43,850 nt of DNA, taken from Modestobacter sp. GTDB taxonomy: Bacteria; Actinomycetota; Actinomycetes; Mycobacteriales; Geodermatophilaceae. The notes beneath the pieces were generated by a model that ran no database searches, was not told the origin of the DNA, and saw only the letters and a list, made by a program, of their open reading frames with translations. The stretch is taken from assembly GCA_025963425.1 (NCBI GenBank), contig JAOPUQ010000009.1:1-43850 (forward strand), read 5' to 3'. Below are positions 16,914 through 26,504 of this stretch, piece by piece. The position numbers were made by a program, and so were the translations under genes. Every line of letters begins with the position of its first letter. Position 1 is the stretch's first letter.

Positions 16914-18302
16914 TCAGCAGACTGCCAGGATGCGCAGGTCCTCCACGGCACGCCGGGCGCCGGCACTGGCGCTGCGGCCGACCGGCTGCAGGCGGGCGCT
17001 CGCCCAGGTCACCACGGCCGGCATCGCCGGACGGCGCAGTGCGGGGATCGGCGGCCGGCGCACGGAGACCGGTTCGCCGCCGAGGGACCGGACCAGCACC
17101 GCCCCGACCACGGCGAACACGGACACGGTGCTCAGTGCGATCGACAACCCGGTGTACTCAGCCAGGAACCCGAGCAGCGGAGGACCGCCGAGCAGGCCGC
17201 TGTAGCCAACGGTCGAGGCCAGTGCCACGCCGCCGGCCCCGCCGAGGGCGCCGGCCCGGCCGATGGCCAGCGGGAAGACGTTGGCAAGGCCGAGCCCGAC
17301 GAGGACGAAGCCGGCCAGCGCGACGGTCACCGACCCCGACCAGGCGGCGATGAGCATGCCGGCCGCGGCCAGCAGCGTGCCGCCGACGAGGAGCCTGTCC
17401 TCGCCGAGTTCGACGACCAGCGTGCTGCCGACGAGGCGACCACACGCCATGGCCAGGGAGAACCCGGCGTAACCGGCGGCGGCCAGGACCGGGGTCGCAC
17501 CGAGGTCCTCCTGCAGGTACAGCGCGCCCCAGTCGGTGAGCGCCCCCTCCCCGTACGCGGTGCAGCCGGCGATCGCGCCGAGCACCACGAGCACCGAGGT
17601 GGGAACGCCGCCGCGGCGGTCCGGCTGCTCGTCGGCCGGGCGGAGGGCACTCATCGGTGGTGCAGCCTCGTGGGCCCGGGCCAGCGTCGGCCCGATCCAG
17701 GCCAGCAGCGCGAGCCCGGCGACGGTGACGCCCACCAGGTGCGGCGCGACCCCGACGAAGGCCGACAGCGCTCCACCGACCAGGGCACCGGCCAGACCGC
17801 CGAAGCTGAACCCGGCGTGCAGCGAGGGCAGCAGCGGTCGGCCCCACCGGGCCTCCACCTGCACCCCGAGGCTGTTGGCCGCCACGTTGACCGCGCCGGT
17901 CGCGGCACCGAAGAACAGCAGCGCCACGCACAGCTGCGGTACCGACTCCGCCATGCCGGGCAGCGCGGTGGCGACGCTGACCAGCGCTGCGGCCGCGACA
18001 GTGACCCGGCCGATGCCCAGCCGGGCGCTCAGGGCGCCGGTGAGTTGCATGCAGGCGAGGGCACCCAGGGACAGACAGAGAACGGCGATCCCCAGAGAGC
18101 TGTGCGAGGCGCCCACCTGGGCGCTCACGTCGGGGATGCGCGCGGCCCAGGTGCCGAAGACGAAGCCGTCCATGGCGAACAGGACGGCGACGGCCACACG
18201 CAGTCGCTGCAGCGGCAACGGGGCCGGAGGAAGGGGGGCAGCCGCCGATGACGGGCGACGCGGAGCAGACGTGCGGGCACGGCTGAGGACAGGCAGGGTC
18301 AA
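16914..18302 (-). CDS. MFS transporter
   Basis: About 12 hydrophobic segments; GTWAARIP, SLHAGFSFG, EGALTDWGALYL, GLLGGPPLLG. Start uncertain (TTG 18302 follows GAGAGGA). Confidence 0.9.
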   Translation of the reverse strand: MTLPVLSRARTSAPRRPSSAAAPLPPAPLPLQRLRVAVAVLFAMDGFVFGTWAARIPDVSAQVGASHSSLGIAVLCLSLGALACMQLTGALSARLGIGRVTVAAAALVSVATALPGMAESVPQLCVALLFFGAATGAVNVAANSLGVQVEARWGRPLLPSLHAGFSFGGLAGALVGGALSAFVGVAPHLVGVTVAGLALLAWIGPTLARAHEAAPPMSALRPADEQPDRRGGVPTSVLVVLGAIAGCTAYGEGALTDWGALYLQEDLGATPVLAAAGYAGFSLAMACGRLVGSTLVVELGEDRLLVGGTLLAAAGMLIAAWSGSVTVALAGFVLVGLGLANVFPLAIGRAGALGGAGGVALASTVGYSGLLGGPPLLGFLAEYTGLSIALSTVSVFAVVGAVLVRSLGGEPVSVRRPPIPALRRPAMPAVVTWASARLQPVGRSASAGARRAVEDLRILAVC

Positions 18303-18638
18303 CGCCGGTGTTCCTCTCGGGGCAGGGCGCGCGAATCCGGGCCCACACGGGGGCCGACGCGCTCGCCGTCTCATGACGGCTCGACAGGGGCTGCGACGCA
18401 CCGCCTCCGGCCCCGGCTCGAACGGGTGCCAGCGGCGTCGCCTACATGAATGTTCAACAGCCGACCGCGCCGTGACTTCCGTGAGCCCACCCACGGGTCG
18501 AAGGTCCCTGGATGCCATGCCTGCATGCGGCCGGCGGAGACCCTGTGCAGTTGCCGCAGGCCCGAGCGTCCGGGCCACGCCCTCGTCTACGTCCGCAGGG
18601 TCACCGGTGGCACGACCGTCACCGGGCCGGGGCGGCTC

Positions 18639-19178
18639 TCAGAGCGAGGACCCTCGGTTCAGCTCCTCGTCGGCCAATTGCTCGAGATCGGTCGGCAGGG
18701 AGAGATCCGCCGGCGAGCCGCCGACGGGGCGGCCGTCCCGATCGGCATCCGCGCGGGGAGGCGACAGTCGGACGGCGTCCATGGCAACCAGGGCGCCGAG
18801 CTCGTCGGCCACCATCCAGATCTGGCTGATCCGGCCCTCGGTGATCGTCAGGACGTCGATGACCCGGAGGTCCAGGACCCGTCCGGTCGGCGGCAGCGGT
18901 CCGGCCGACGTGGCCAGCGTCCCGACCTGCCGGCCACTCAGCCGGAACGCGACGGCGACCCTTCCGCCGCCGTCCACCACGTCCAGCACCTGCCGCTCGA
19001 GCCCGTCGAACACCCCGTGGAGCGCCCGTGCGCGGGCGACCAGACTGGTCGCGCTGACCGGCGCGCCGTTGACCGAGACCGGGTCGGCATAGACCTCGCG
19101 GAACGCCGCCTCCGCAGCGGAGTCCTCCGGAAGGGGGTCGGTCCACAGCCGGAGCAGCCGATCGACGTCGAAGGACAT
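18639..19178 (-). CDS. SnoaL-like ester cyclase / NTF2-fold protein
   Basis: GRVAVAFRLSGRQVG.L....G.LPPTGR....VIDVLTI.EGRI..IW...D. Confidence 0.85.
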   Translation of the reverse strand: MSFDVDRLLRLWTDPLPEDSAAEAAFREVYADPVSVNGAPVSATSLVARARALHGVFDGLERQVLDVVDGGGRVAVAFRLSGRQVGTLATSAGPLPPTGRVLDLRVIDVLTITEGRISQIWMVADELGALVAMDAVRLSPPRADADRDGRPVGGSPADLSLPTDLEQLADEELNRGSSL

Positions 19179-19231
19179 CACTCCATGCTGCTCGCGTCGC
19201 CCCCGGGCCACCAGGGCCGCCGGGACGGGAA

Positions 19232-19696
19232 CTACCCGCTCGGCACGTGGGCGGCGCCGACGTGCGTCACCGGGACGTGGAACTTGCGTTCGACGCGGCT
19301 CGGCAGGTCCTGGTGCAACCAACGAGACAGCCGTGCGGGCAGTGTGGAGACGACGATCTCGTCGAACTGGCGGGTGGCGAGCGTGTGCTCGATCGCCTGG
19401 AACGGATCGGGGTCACCGACCTCCCCGTCGACCGTGACCCCGGCGGACCGGAGCCGCTCCAGCGCGGCCTCGAGCCGGGACCGAGCCAGCTTCTCGCTCT
19501 CCTCCACGGAGGCAGGCACCGGCACCGGCACACCGCCCATCCCCGGCAGGATCGCCGGCGACGCCAGATCCGTCATCTGGGTCGCCGGGACGAGCACCCA
19601 GAACTCGGCCGGACCGGCAGCCAGGCGATCCGCCACCGCCTTGCTCAACTCGTCCGCCGCCAACGTCTGATTGGCCACGATCAGGTAACGGCGCAT
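19232..19696 (-). CDS. Universal-stress-protein-like hypothetical protein
   Basis: YLIVANQTL, FWVLVPAT, GEVGDPDP..AI, FDEIVVSTLP..LSRWLH.DLP. GAGAGG RBS. Confidence 0.8.
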   Translation of the reverse strand: MRRYLIVANQTLAADELSKAVADRLAAGPAEFWVLVPATQMTDLASPAILPGMGGVPVPVPASVEESEKLARSRLEAALERLRSAGVTVDGEVGDPDPFQAIEHTLATRQFDEIVVSTLPARLSRWLHQDLPSRVERKFHVPVTHVGAAHVPSG

Positions 19697-19750
19697 GGTG
19701 CACCTCTCGGGAAGTCCCCGGATGTGGACGCTTCGCAGCGACGGATTCTA

Positions 19751-19796
19751 CCGCTGCGGGCTCGTCACCGGACCGGTGACGTGAGCCCGGTAGCGG
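19751..19796. repeat. Long imperfect inverted repeat (hairpin)
   Basis: CCGCTG-CGGGCTC-GTCACCGG-A-CCGGTGAC-(GT)-GAGCCCG-(G)-TAGCGG, between the glucokinase stop and the USP-like start. Confidence 0.6.
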
Positions 19797-19890
19797 CACT
19801 TCGGTCACGTCCGGGCCGCCGCGGACCGGGCGCAGGGACCAGCCCGCCCGAAGCGGTCATCGCGACCCGCGGCATCGGTTCTTCGTGGGG

Positions 19891-19935
19891 ACGGCGTGGG
19901 ACAGGACGGGGTGCGACAGGACGAGGTGCGACAGG
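19891..19935 (+). repeat. 3 x 15-bp tandem repeat
   Basis: ACGGCGTGGGACAGG / ACGGGGTGCGACAGG / ACGAGGTGCGACAGG, directly after the glucokinase stop codon. Confidence 0.85.
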
Positions 19936-20880
19936 TCAGCGCCGCCGCGCGAGGTCGGCGGCGCCGACGATCCCGGCGTCCGCACCGAGCGCGGCCAGCC
20001 GCACCTGCGGGGCGGCCCGGTAGCTCTTCGCGGTGAGCAACTCCAGGAAGCGCGCCTCGGCCGGCCCCCGGAGCAGCTCACCGGCGTCGGAGACGCCGCC
20101 GCCGATGACGAAGATCCCGGGGTCGAGGACCGCCGCGAGACTGGCCATCCCGTGCCCGAGCCACGTGCCGAGCACCTTGAAGGACTCCAGTGCCGCCTCG
20201 TCGCCGTCCTTGGCCGCCTGGGTGACATGCAGCCCGGTGATGGCCTCCGCCCGCCCGCCGGCGAGCTGCAGCATCCCGTCGGCGATGGCCGGGGAGATGC
20301 TCGCCAGCTCCTGCGCCTCCCGCAGAAGGGCACGGCCGCTGGCATAGCGCTCCCAGCAACCCCGGTTGCCGCAGCCACAGCGGCGTCCGCCGGGCGCGAC
20401 GGTCATGTGGCCGAGCTCGGCGGCGATCCCGAGCCGGCCCCGGAACAGCTCCCCGTCCAGCACGATCCCGCCGCCGAGGCCGGTGCCCACGGTGAGCATC
20501 ACCACGTACCGCTCGCCACGCGCGGCCCCGAACCGGGTCTCCGCCCAGGCGGCGGCGTTGCCGTCGTTCTCGACGACGACGGGCAGGCCGAGCCGGCGCT
20601 CCAGCGCGGCTCGCAGCGGCTCCTGCCGCCACGCGAGGTTGGGCGCGAAGATCACCGTCGCCCGGGCAGCATCGACGAGCCCGGCCGCACCCAGCCCGAC
20701 CGCCTCCACCGGATGCTGAGCGCGGAGTTCCTCCACGACCGCGGTGATGACGTCCTCGGTCTTGCGCGGGTCGTCGGAGGGAGTCTGGTGGCGCGCCCGG
20801 GCGATGATGCGTCCGTCCTCGTCGACCACTCCCGCGGCGACCTTGGTGCCGCCGACGTCGACGCCGATGGTCAGTGCCAT
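19936..20880 (-). CDS. glkA: ROK-family glucokinase
   Basis: IGVDVGGTK, FAPNLAWR.EPL, VENDGNAAAWAE, GTGLGGG, ELGHM, CGCGNRGCWERYASG. Confidence 0.9.
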   Translation of the reverse strand: MALTIGVDVGGTKVAAGVVDEDGRIIARARHQTPSDDPRKTEDVITAVVEELRAQHPVEAVGLGAAGLVDAARATVIFAPNLAWRQEPLRAALERRLGLPVVVENDGNAAAWAETRFGAARGERYVVMLTVGTGLGGGIVLDGELFRGRLGIAAELGHMTVAPGGRRCGCGNRGCWERYASGRALLREAQELASISPAIADGMLQLAGGRAEAITGLHVTQAAKDGDEAALESFKVLGTWLGHGMASLAAVLDPGIFVIGGGVSDAGELLRGPAEARFLELLTAKSYRAAPQVRLAALGADAGIVGAADLARRR

Positions 20881-20935
20881 TGCTGCCTCGTTCCGTCGGA
20901 GTGGCTGCCCGGGCCGAGCGGTCGGCCCGGGCAGG

Positions 20936-22168
20936 TCAGGGCACGACCTGTTGGCCCTTGCCGATGATGACGATCCCGTTGGCGGACACCGTGTAGAGCT
21001 CGCGGTCGCGGTCGAGGTCGACCCCGACCTTGGCGCCCTCGGGGACGACGACGTTCTTGTCGAGGATGGCGTTGCGCACGATCGCGTGCCGGCCCACCTG
21101 CACGCCTTGCATGAGCACCGAGGCGTCGACCTGCGCCCAGGAGTGCACATGAGCCCCCGGGGACAGGATGGAGCGGCTCACCGTCGACCCGGAGACGACG
21201 GAGCCCGGCGACAGCAGGCACTCCATCGCGCTGCCCATCCGGCCCGCGGAGCCGTGCACCGTCCGGGCCGGCGGCCATGGCTCCTGGTCGGTGAAGATCG
21301 GCCACTGCGCGTTGGCCAGGCTGAACTCGGGGTCGACCGAGATCAGGTCCATGTGGGCGTCGTAGAAGCTGTCCAGGGTGCCCACGTCACGCCAATAGCC
21401 CCGCTCGGACTCGCGCTGGCCGGGGACGTCGTTGTCGCGGAAGTCGTACACGGCCGCCTCTCCCCGCTCGACCAGCATGGGCACGATGCTCCCGCCCATG
21501 TCGTGCTTGCTCTCCGCGTCCGCGGCGTCCCGGGTCACCGCGTCGACGAGCACGCTGGTCGTGAACACGTAGTTGCCCATCGAGGCGAAGACCTCGTGCG
21601 GGGCGTCCGGGAGGCCGTGGGCGTCGGTGGGCTTCTCCCGGAACGCCGAGATCGTGCGACCGCCGGCGTCGACCTCGATGACCCCGAACTGGTCGGCCAT
21701 GGGCAGCGGTTGGCGGATGGCCGCGACGGTCACCCCCGCACCGGAGGCGATGTGCTGGGCCACCATCTGCTGCGGGTCCATCCGGTAGATGTTGTCCGCG
21801 CCGAAGACGACGACGTACTCCGGGAGCTCGTCGTTGATGAGGTTCATGCTCTGGTGGATGGCGTCGGCGGACCCGGCGAACCACCGGGGGCCGAGCCGCT
21901 GCTGCGCCGGCACCGGCGTCACGTAGTTGCCCAGCAACGTCGACAGCCGCCACGTCTTGCTGATGTGCCGGTCCAGCGAGTGGCTCTTGTACTGGGTCAG
22001 CACGACCAGCTTGCGGTAGCCGCCGTTGACCAGGTTCGACAGCACGAAGTCGACCATCCGGTACATGCCGCCGAACGGGACGGCGGGTTTCGCCCGGTCG
22101 GCCGTCAGCGGCATCAGCCGCTTGCCCTCACCACCGGCCAGCACCATTGCGAGCACGTGAGTCGCCAC
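20936..22168 (-). CDS. glgC: Glucose-1-phosphate adenylyltransferase
   Basis: [51 protein letters not shown]-terminal beta-helix. Confidence 0.98.
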   Translation of the reverse strand: MATHVLAMVLAGGEGKRLMPLTADRAKPAVPFGGMYRMVDFVLSNLVNGGYRKLVVLTQYKSHSLDRHISKTWRLSTLLGNYVTPVPAQQRLGPRWFAGSADAIHQSMNLINDELPEYVVVFGADNIYRMDPQQMVAQHIASGAGVTVAAIRQPLPMADQFGVIEVDAGGRTISAFREKPTDAHGLPDAPHEVFASMGNYVFTTSVLVDAVTRDAADAESKHDMGGSIVPMLVERGEAAVYDFRDNDVPGQRESERGYWRDVGTLDSFYDAHMDLISVDPEFSLANAQWPIFTDQEPWPPARTVHGSAGRMGSAMECLLSPGSVVSGSTVSRSILSPGAHVHSWAQVDASVLMQGVQVGRHAIVRNAILDKNVVVPEGAKVGVDLDRDRELYTVSANGIVIIGKGQQVVP

Positions 22169-22240
22169 GAGGCGGGAACGTAGCCCTCATCTGCCTCCGC
22201 AACTAGCCCTCCGGGACGGCGGAGCCCTATCGTTCCGGAT
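22169..22240. promoter_or_regulatory. Divergent promoters, probably leaderless, for glgC and glgA
   Basis: TACGTT (minus, 22177-22182) lies 8 nt before the glgC GTG. TATCGT (22228-22233) lies 7 nt before the glgA GTG. No clear SD for glgC. Confidence 0.5.
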
Positions 22241-23512
22241 GTGACGCACGCCACAACCGCGCACGTCCTCCCCGTACCCGCCGGCGACCACCTGCGGGTC
22301 GACCTGCTGACCCGGGAGTACCCGCCGGAGGTGTACGGGGGCGCGGGCGTGCACGTGGAGTACCTGGCCCGGGAGCTGCGCCCGCACGCCGACGTCCGGG
22401 TGCGCTGCTTCGGCGGCCGGCGGGAGGAGCCCGGCGTCACCGCCTACACCGACCCGCCCGGGCTGATCGCGGCGAACCCGGCGGTACGGACCCTCGGTGT
22501 CGACCTGGAGATGGCCGCCGACTGCGCCGGTGCCGACGTCGTGCACAGCCACACCTGGTACGCCAACCTCGCCGGGCACGTGGCCAAGCTCCTGCACGGG
22601 GTGCCGCACGTGGTCACGACGCACAGCCTCGAGCCTCTGCGACCGTGGAAGGCCGAGCAGCTCGGGGGCGGCTACGCGCTGTCCAGCTGGGCCGAGCGCA
22701 CGGCCCTCGAGGCCGCCGACGCCGTGGTCGCGGTGTCGGCCGGGATGCGCCGTGACGTGCTGGCCGCCTACCCGGGCGTCGACCCCGACCGGGTCACCGT
22801 CGTGCACAACGGCATCGACACCGCGCAGTACGCCCCCGACGAGGGCGCCGACGTGCTCACCCGGCTGGGCATCGACCCCGACCGGCCCAGCGTGGTCTTC
22901 GTCGGCCGGATCACCCGCCAGAAAGGGCTCCCGCATCTGCTGCGGGCCGCCCGCGACCTCCCGCCGTCCGCCCAGCTGGTGCTGCTCGCCGGCGCCCCGG
23001 ACACCCCCGAGATCCAGGCGGAGGTGACCGGTCTGGTCGACGAGCTGCGCGGGGTCCGCGACGGGGTGGTGTGGGTCGCCGACATGCTCCCCAAGACCGA
23101 TGTGATCCAGGTCCTGAGCCACACCACCGTCTTCGTCTGTCCCTCGGTCTACGAGCCGATGGGCATCGTGAACCTCGAGGCGATGGCCTGCCAGGCCGCG
23201 GTCGTGGCCACCGCCACCGGCGGCATCCCGGAGGTCGTCGCCGACGGCGAGACCGGGCTCCTGGTCGGCATCGAGCAGGTGCCCGACGGCAGCGGCACCC
23301 CGGTGGACCCTGACCGGTTCACCGCCGATCTCGCCGCCGCCATCACGCAGCTGCTCGACGACCCCGAGCGCGCGGCGGCGATGGGCGCCGCCGGGCGGCG
23401 TCGCGCCGTCGACCACTTCTCGTGGTCGACCATCGCCGAACGCACGGTGCAGCTGTACCGGTCCGTCGCCGGCCTCCCCGCCGGCGCGGACCCACCCGGG
23501 GCCGCGGCCTGA
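22241..23512 (+). CDS. glgA: Actinobacterial GlgA/GlgM glycosyltransferase (alpha-maltose-1-phosphate synthase)
   Basis: LTREYPPEVYGGAGVHV, HSHTWYA, HSLEPLRPWKAEQLGGGY, VGRITRQKG, YEPMGIVNLEAMAC; divergent from glgC. Confidence 0.96.
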   Translation: MTHATTAHVLPVPAGDHLRVDLLTREYPPEVYGGAGVHVEYLARELRPHADVRVRCFGGRREEPGVTAYTDPPGLIAANPAVRTLGVDLEMAADCAGADVVHSHTWYANLAGHVAKLLHGVPHVVTTHSLEPLRPWKAEQLGGGYALSSWAERTALEAADAVVAVSAGMRRDVLAAYPGVDPDRVTVVHNGIDTAQYAPDEGADVLTRLGIDPDRPSVVFVGRITRQKGLPHLLRAARDLPPSAQLVLLAGAPDTPEIQAEVTGLVDELRGVRDGVVWVADMLPKTDVIQVLSHTTVFVCPSVYEPMGIVNLEAMACQAAVVATATGGIPEVVADGETGLLVGIEQVPDGSGTPVDPDRFTADLAAAITQLLDDPERAAAMGAAGRRRAVDHFSWSTIAERTVQLYRSVAGLPAGADPPGAAA

Positions 23513-23580
23513 CCCCTGCCCGGTCCGTCCGGGACAGAGGTCCTCCCGCGGCGCTGACTCCTCGACCCGAAGGACGCGAC

Positions 23581-24987
23581 ATGACCCAGCTCTCCCGAGG
23601 CGAAGAGCAGTTCAACACGACCCGCGCGATCCACCTGGCCGTGGTGGCCGCGCTCGGCGGGTTCCTCTTCGGCTACGACACCGCCGTCATCAACGGCGCG
23701 GTCACCGCGCTGCGCGCGGACTTCCAGATGAGCGCGGGGGTGACCGGCTTCGTCGTCGCCTCGGCGCTGCTCGGCGCCGCGTTCGGTGCGTGGGCCGCGG
23801 GCCGGCTGGCCGACCGGTACGGCCGGATCAAGGTGATGGTCGCCGCGGCGCTGCTGTTCGTGGTCAGTGCCTTCGGCTCCGGGTTGGCCACCGGCCCCGT
23901 CGACCTCACCCTCTGGCGCATCGTCGGCGGCATGGGTGTGGGCGCGGCGTCGGTGATCGCCCCGGCCTACATCGCCGAGATCTCCCCGGCCTCCATCCGC
24001 GGCCGGCTCGGCTCGCTGCAGCAGCTGGCGATCGTCACCGGCATCTTCATCGCCCTCCTGGTCGACACGGTGCTGGCCCGCAGCGCCGGCGGCGCCGGAC
24101 AGGAGCTCGGACTGGGCCTGGAGGCGTGGCGCTGGATGTTCATCACCCTGGCGCTGCCGGGTCTGGTCTACGGGGTGCTGGCGTTGACGATCCCGGAGTC
24201 CCCGCGCTACCTGGTGGCCAAGGGTCAGCCCGAGGACGCCCGGCGGGTGCTCGGCGAGGTGCTGACCCGCGGCGTGGACGACCGGATCACGGAGATCCAG
24301 CGCACGGTGGACGCCGAGAAGCACACCCGCGCCACCTTCGCGGACCTGCGCGGACCGGTCCTCGGCCTGCGCCCCATCGTCTGGGTGGGCATCCTGCTGT
24401 CGGTCTTCCAGCAGGCCGTGGGCATCAACGTGATCTTCTACTACAGCTCGGCGCTGTGGCAGCAGGTGGGCTTCAGCGAGGCCGACGCCCTCACCATCAC
24501 CGTCATCACCTCGATCACCAACATCGTCGTGACACTGGTGGCCATCAGCACGATCGACCGGCTCGGCCGGCGCCTGCTGCTGCTCATCGGCTCGGCCGGG
24601 ATGGCGCTGAGCCTGGGCACCCTGGCCTACGTGTTCGGCACGGCGGACGTCGTCAACGGTGAACCGGCGCTCGGCGACACCGCGGGCACCGTCGCGCTGA
24701 TCGCAGCCAACCTGTTCGTCGTCTTCTTCGGGGTTTCCTGGGGTCCGGTCGTCTGGGTGCTGCTCGGTGAGATGTTCAACAACCGGATCCGCGCCGGCGC
24801 CCTCGGGCTGGCGGCAGCTGCCCAGTGGGTGAGCAACTTCGTCATCTCCCAGACCTTCCCGACGCTGGCCGACATCGGCCTGGCGCTGGCCTATGGCATC
24901 TACACAGCCTTCGCGGTCCTGTCCTTCCTGTTCGTTGCGAAGTTCGTGCGCGAGACGAAGGGCCGGCACCTCGAGGACATGGTCTGA
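23581..24987 (+). CDS. Sugar porter family MFS transporter (GlcP-like)
   Basis: GGFLFGYDTAVINGA, YIAEISP..IRG.L.S.QQL, PESPRYL, QQAVGINVIFYY, SWGPVVWVLLGEMF, ETKG..LE. Confidence 0.96.
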   Translation: MTQLSRGEEQFNTTRAIHLAVVAALGGFLFGYDTAVINGAVTALRADFQMSAGVTGFVVASALLGAAFGAWAAGRLADRYGRIKVMVAAALLFVVSAFGSGLATGPVDLTLWRIVGGMGVGAASVIAPAYIAEISPASIRGRLGSLQQLAIVTGIFIALLVDTVLARSAGGAGQELGLGLEAWRWMFITLALPGLVYGVLALTIPESPRYLVAKGQPEDARRVLGEVLTRGVDDRITEIQRTVDAEKHTRATFADLRGPVLGLRPIVWVGILLSVFQQAVGINVIFYYSSALWQQVGFSEADALTITVITSITNIVVTLVAISTIDRLGRRLLLLIGSAGMALSLGTLAYVFGTADVVNGEPALGDTAGTVALIAANLFVVFFGVSWGPVVWVLLGEMFNNRIRAGALGLAAAAQWVSNFVISQTFPTLADIGLALAYGIYTAFAVLSFLFVAKFVRETKGRHLEDMV

Positions 24988-25004
24988 CCGGCGGAGCTGC
25001 CCCC

Positions 25005-26024
25005 ATGTCGGCGAACCTCTCCTCCGCGACCGCCCGCCCCACCGGCGCACCCCCCGCTCCGCTCGTCGGAGGCCTGGACCTCGGTGGCACCAAGGTGCAG
25101 GCGGTGGTCGTCGACAACGCCCACACGGTGCTGGGTGCCGCGCGGCAGCCGACCCCGACCCGGGGCGGACCGCCGGACGTCGCTGCCGTCATGGCCGACA
25201 CCATGCGGGCGGCGGCACAGGCGGCCGGCGTGCCGCCCGCGGACCTGCGGGGCGTCGGCATCGGGTCGCCCGGCGCCGTCGACGCAGCGGCGGGCACGGT
25301 CAGCGGCGCGGGCAACCTCCCCGGCTGGACCGGCACCTACGCCCTCGGCCCGGCCCTGGCGGCGACCCTCGGCGTACCGGTGCACCTCGGCAACGACGTG
25401 CAGGTCGCGACCCGTGCCGAGTTCGAGCTCGGCGCGGGACGGCCGTTCACGTCGTTGCTGGGCGTCTTCTGCGGCACCGGGGTGGGCGGCGGCCTGATCC
25501 TCGACGGCCGGCCGTGGCTGGGGCGGGGCGCAGCCGGCGAGATCGGGCACATCGTCGTCCGGCTCGGTGGGGCTCGCTGCCCCTGCGGACGACGGGGCTG
25601 CCTGGAGGCCTACGCCGGTCGTGGCGCCATGGAGACCCGGGCCCGGCACCTCGTCCAGCGAGGCCGGTCGACCAACCTGTTCCAGATCATGGAACGCCGC
25701 GGCCGCACCCGGCTGGCCAGCGGCGTCTTCGCCCAGGCGCTGGCCCGCAAGGACGTGCTGGCCACGCGGCTGGTCGACCGGGCGGTCCGTGCGTTGGGGG
25801 CCGGCATCGCCTCGGCCGTGAACCTGCTCGACCTGGAAGCCGTGGTCATCGGTGGCGGCCTCGGTCTGCGCCTGGGGGAACCGTTCGTCGAGGCCGTGCG
25901 CAAGGCGACCGTGCCGCACCTCTTCGTCCCGGACCGACCTCCGGCCATGCTCCTCGCCGAACTCGGCGACCTGGGCGGCGCGATCGGTGCCGGGCTGCTC
26001 GTCGAGACGACACAGTTTCGCTGA
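25005..26024 (+). CDS. ROK-family sugar kinase (no HTH)
   Basis: GLDLGGTK, GNDV, GTGVGGG, GEIGH, CPCGRRGCLEAYAG. Confidence 0.92.
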   Translation: MSANLSSATARPTGAPPAPLVGGLDLGGTKVQAVVVDNAHTVLGAARQPTPTRGGPPDVAAVMADTMRAAAQAAGVPPADLRGVGIGSPGAVDAAAGTVSGAGNLPGWTGTYALGPALAATLGVPVHLGNDVQVATRAEFELGAGRPFTSLLGVFCGTGVGGGLILDGRPWLGRGAAGEIGHIVVRLGGARCPCGRRGCLEAYAGRGAMETRARHLVQRGRSTNLFQIMERRGRTRLASGVFAQALARKDVLATRLVDRAVRALGAGIASAVNLLDLEAVVIGGGLGLRLGEPFVEAVRKATVPHLFVPDRPPAMLLAELGDLGGAIGAGLLVETTQFR

Positions 26025-26504
26025 GTCCGTGGGCTCGTCCGTGGACCGCCGCTGGGCGGGGCCGGTGACTCACCGTGCTCTCCGCCGCCCCCGAACGCAG
26101 CGGGCTTGCCGGCTTCCTGTCCACGCGGCGACGGACGTCGTCACCGGTCCAGCCGCGATGTCTCCCTGAGCCTGCATGGTGGCGCCGTGTGCCTGCACGT
26201 TCCCGCGTCCGCCGGAAACCTCCCCGCAGCAGGCGGAGCCGGCCACCGTGGCCGCCCGCTGGACGCAGGCGGAAGACGACGACCGCGTCGCGCCGTCGCC
26301 GTCGCCGGCCGTAACCGGCCGTGACCGGCCCGAGCAATCGGCAGCTCTGCCGATGTACACCCGGCTCCAGCCGCGATGCCATGGACCCCCGGTGGACGTG
26401 GGGATGACGAGGCCGCCAGCCATCCCGCTCCCCCGGTCCCAGCTACGAGGGCTGCCTCTTCCCGCAGCCCCAGCCGGGCTCGAGGAGGCGGGGGTGAGGA
26501 CGAG

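Noticed and set aside
19891-19935. Possible mini-CRISPR
   Set aside because: 15-bp units with no spacers and no cas genes in the window.
26030-26500. Several overlapping ORFs between the ROK and EAL genes
   Set aside because: Pro/Arg/Ala-rich translations with no motif; typical of high-GC non-coding DNA.
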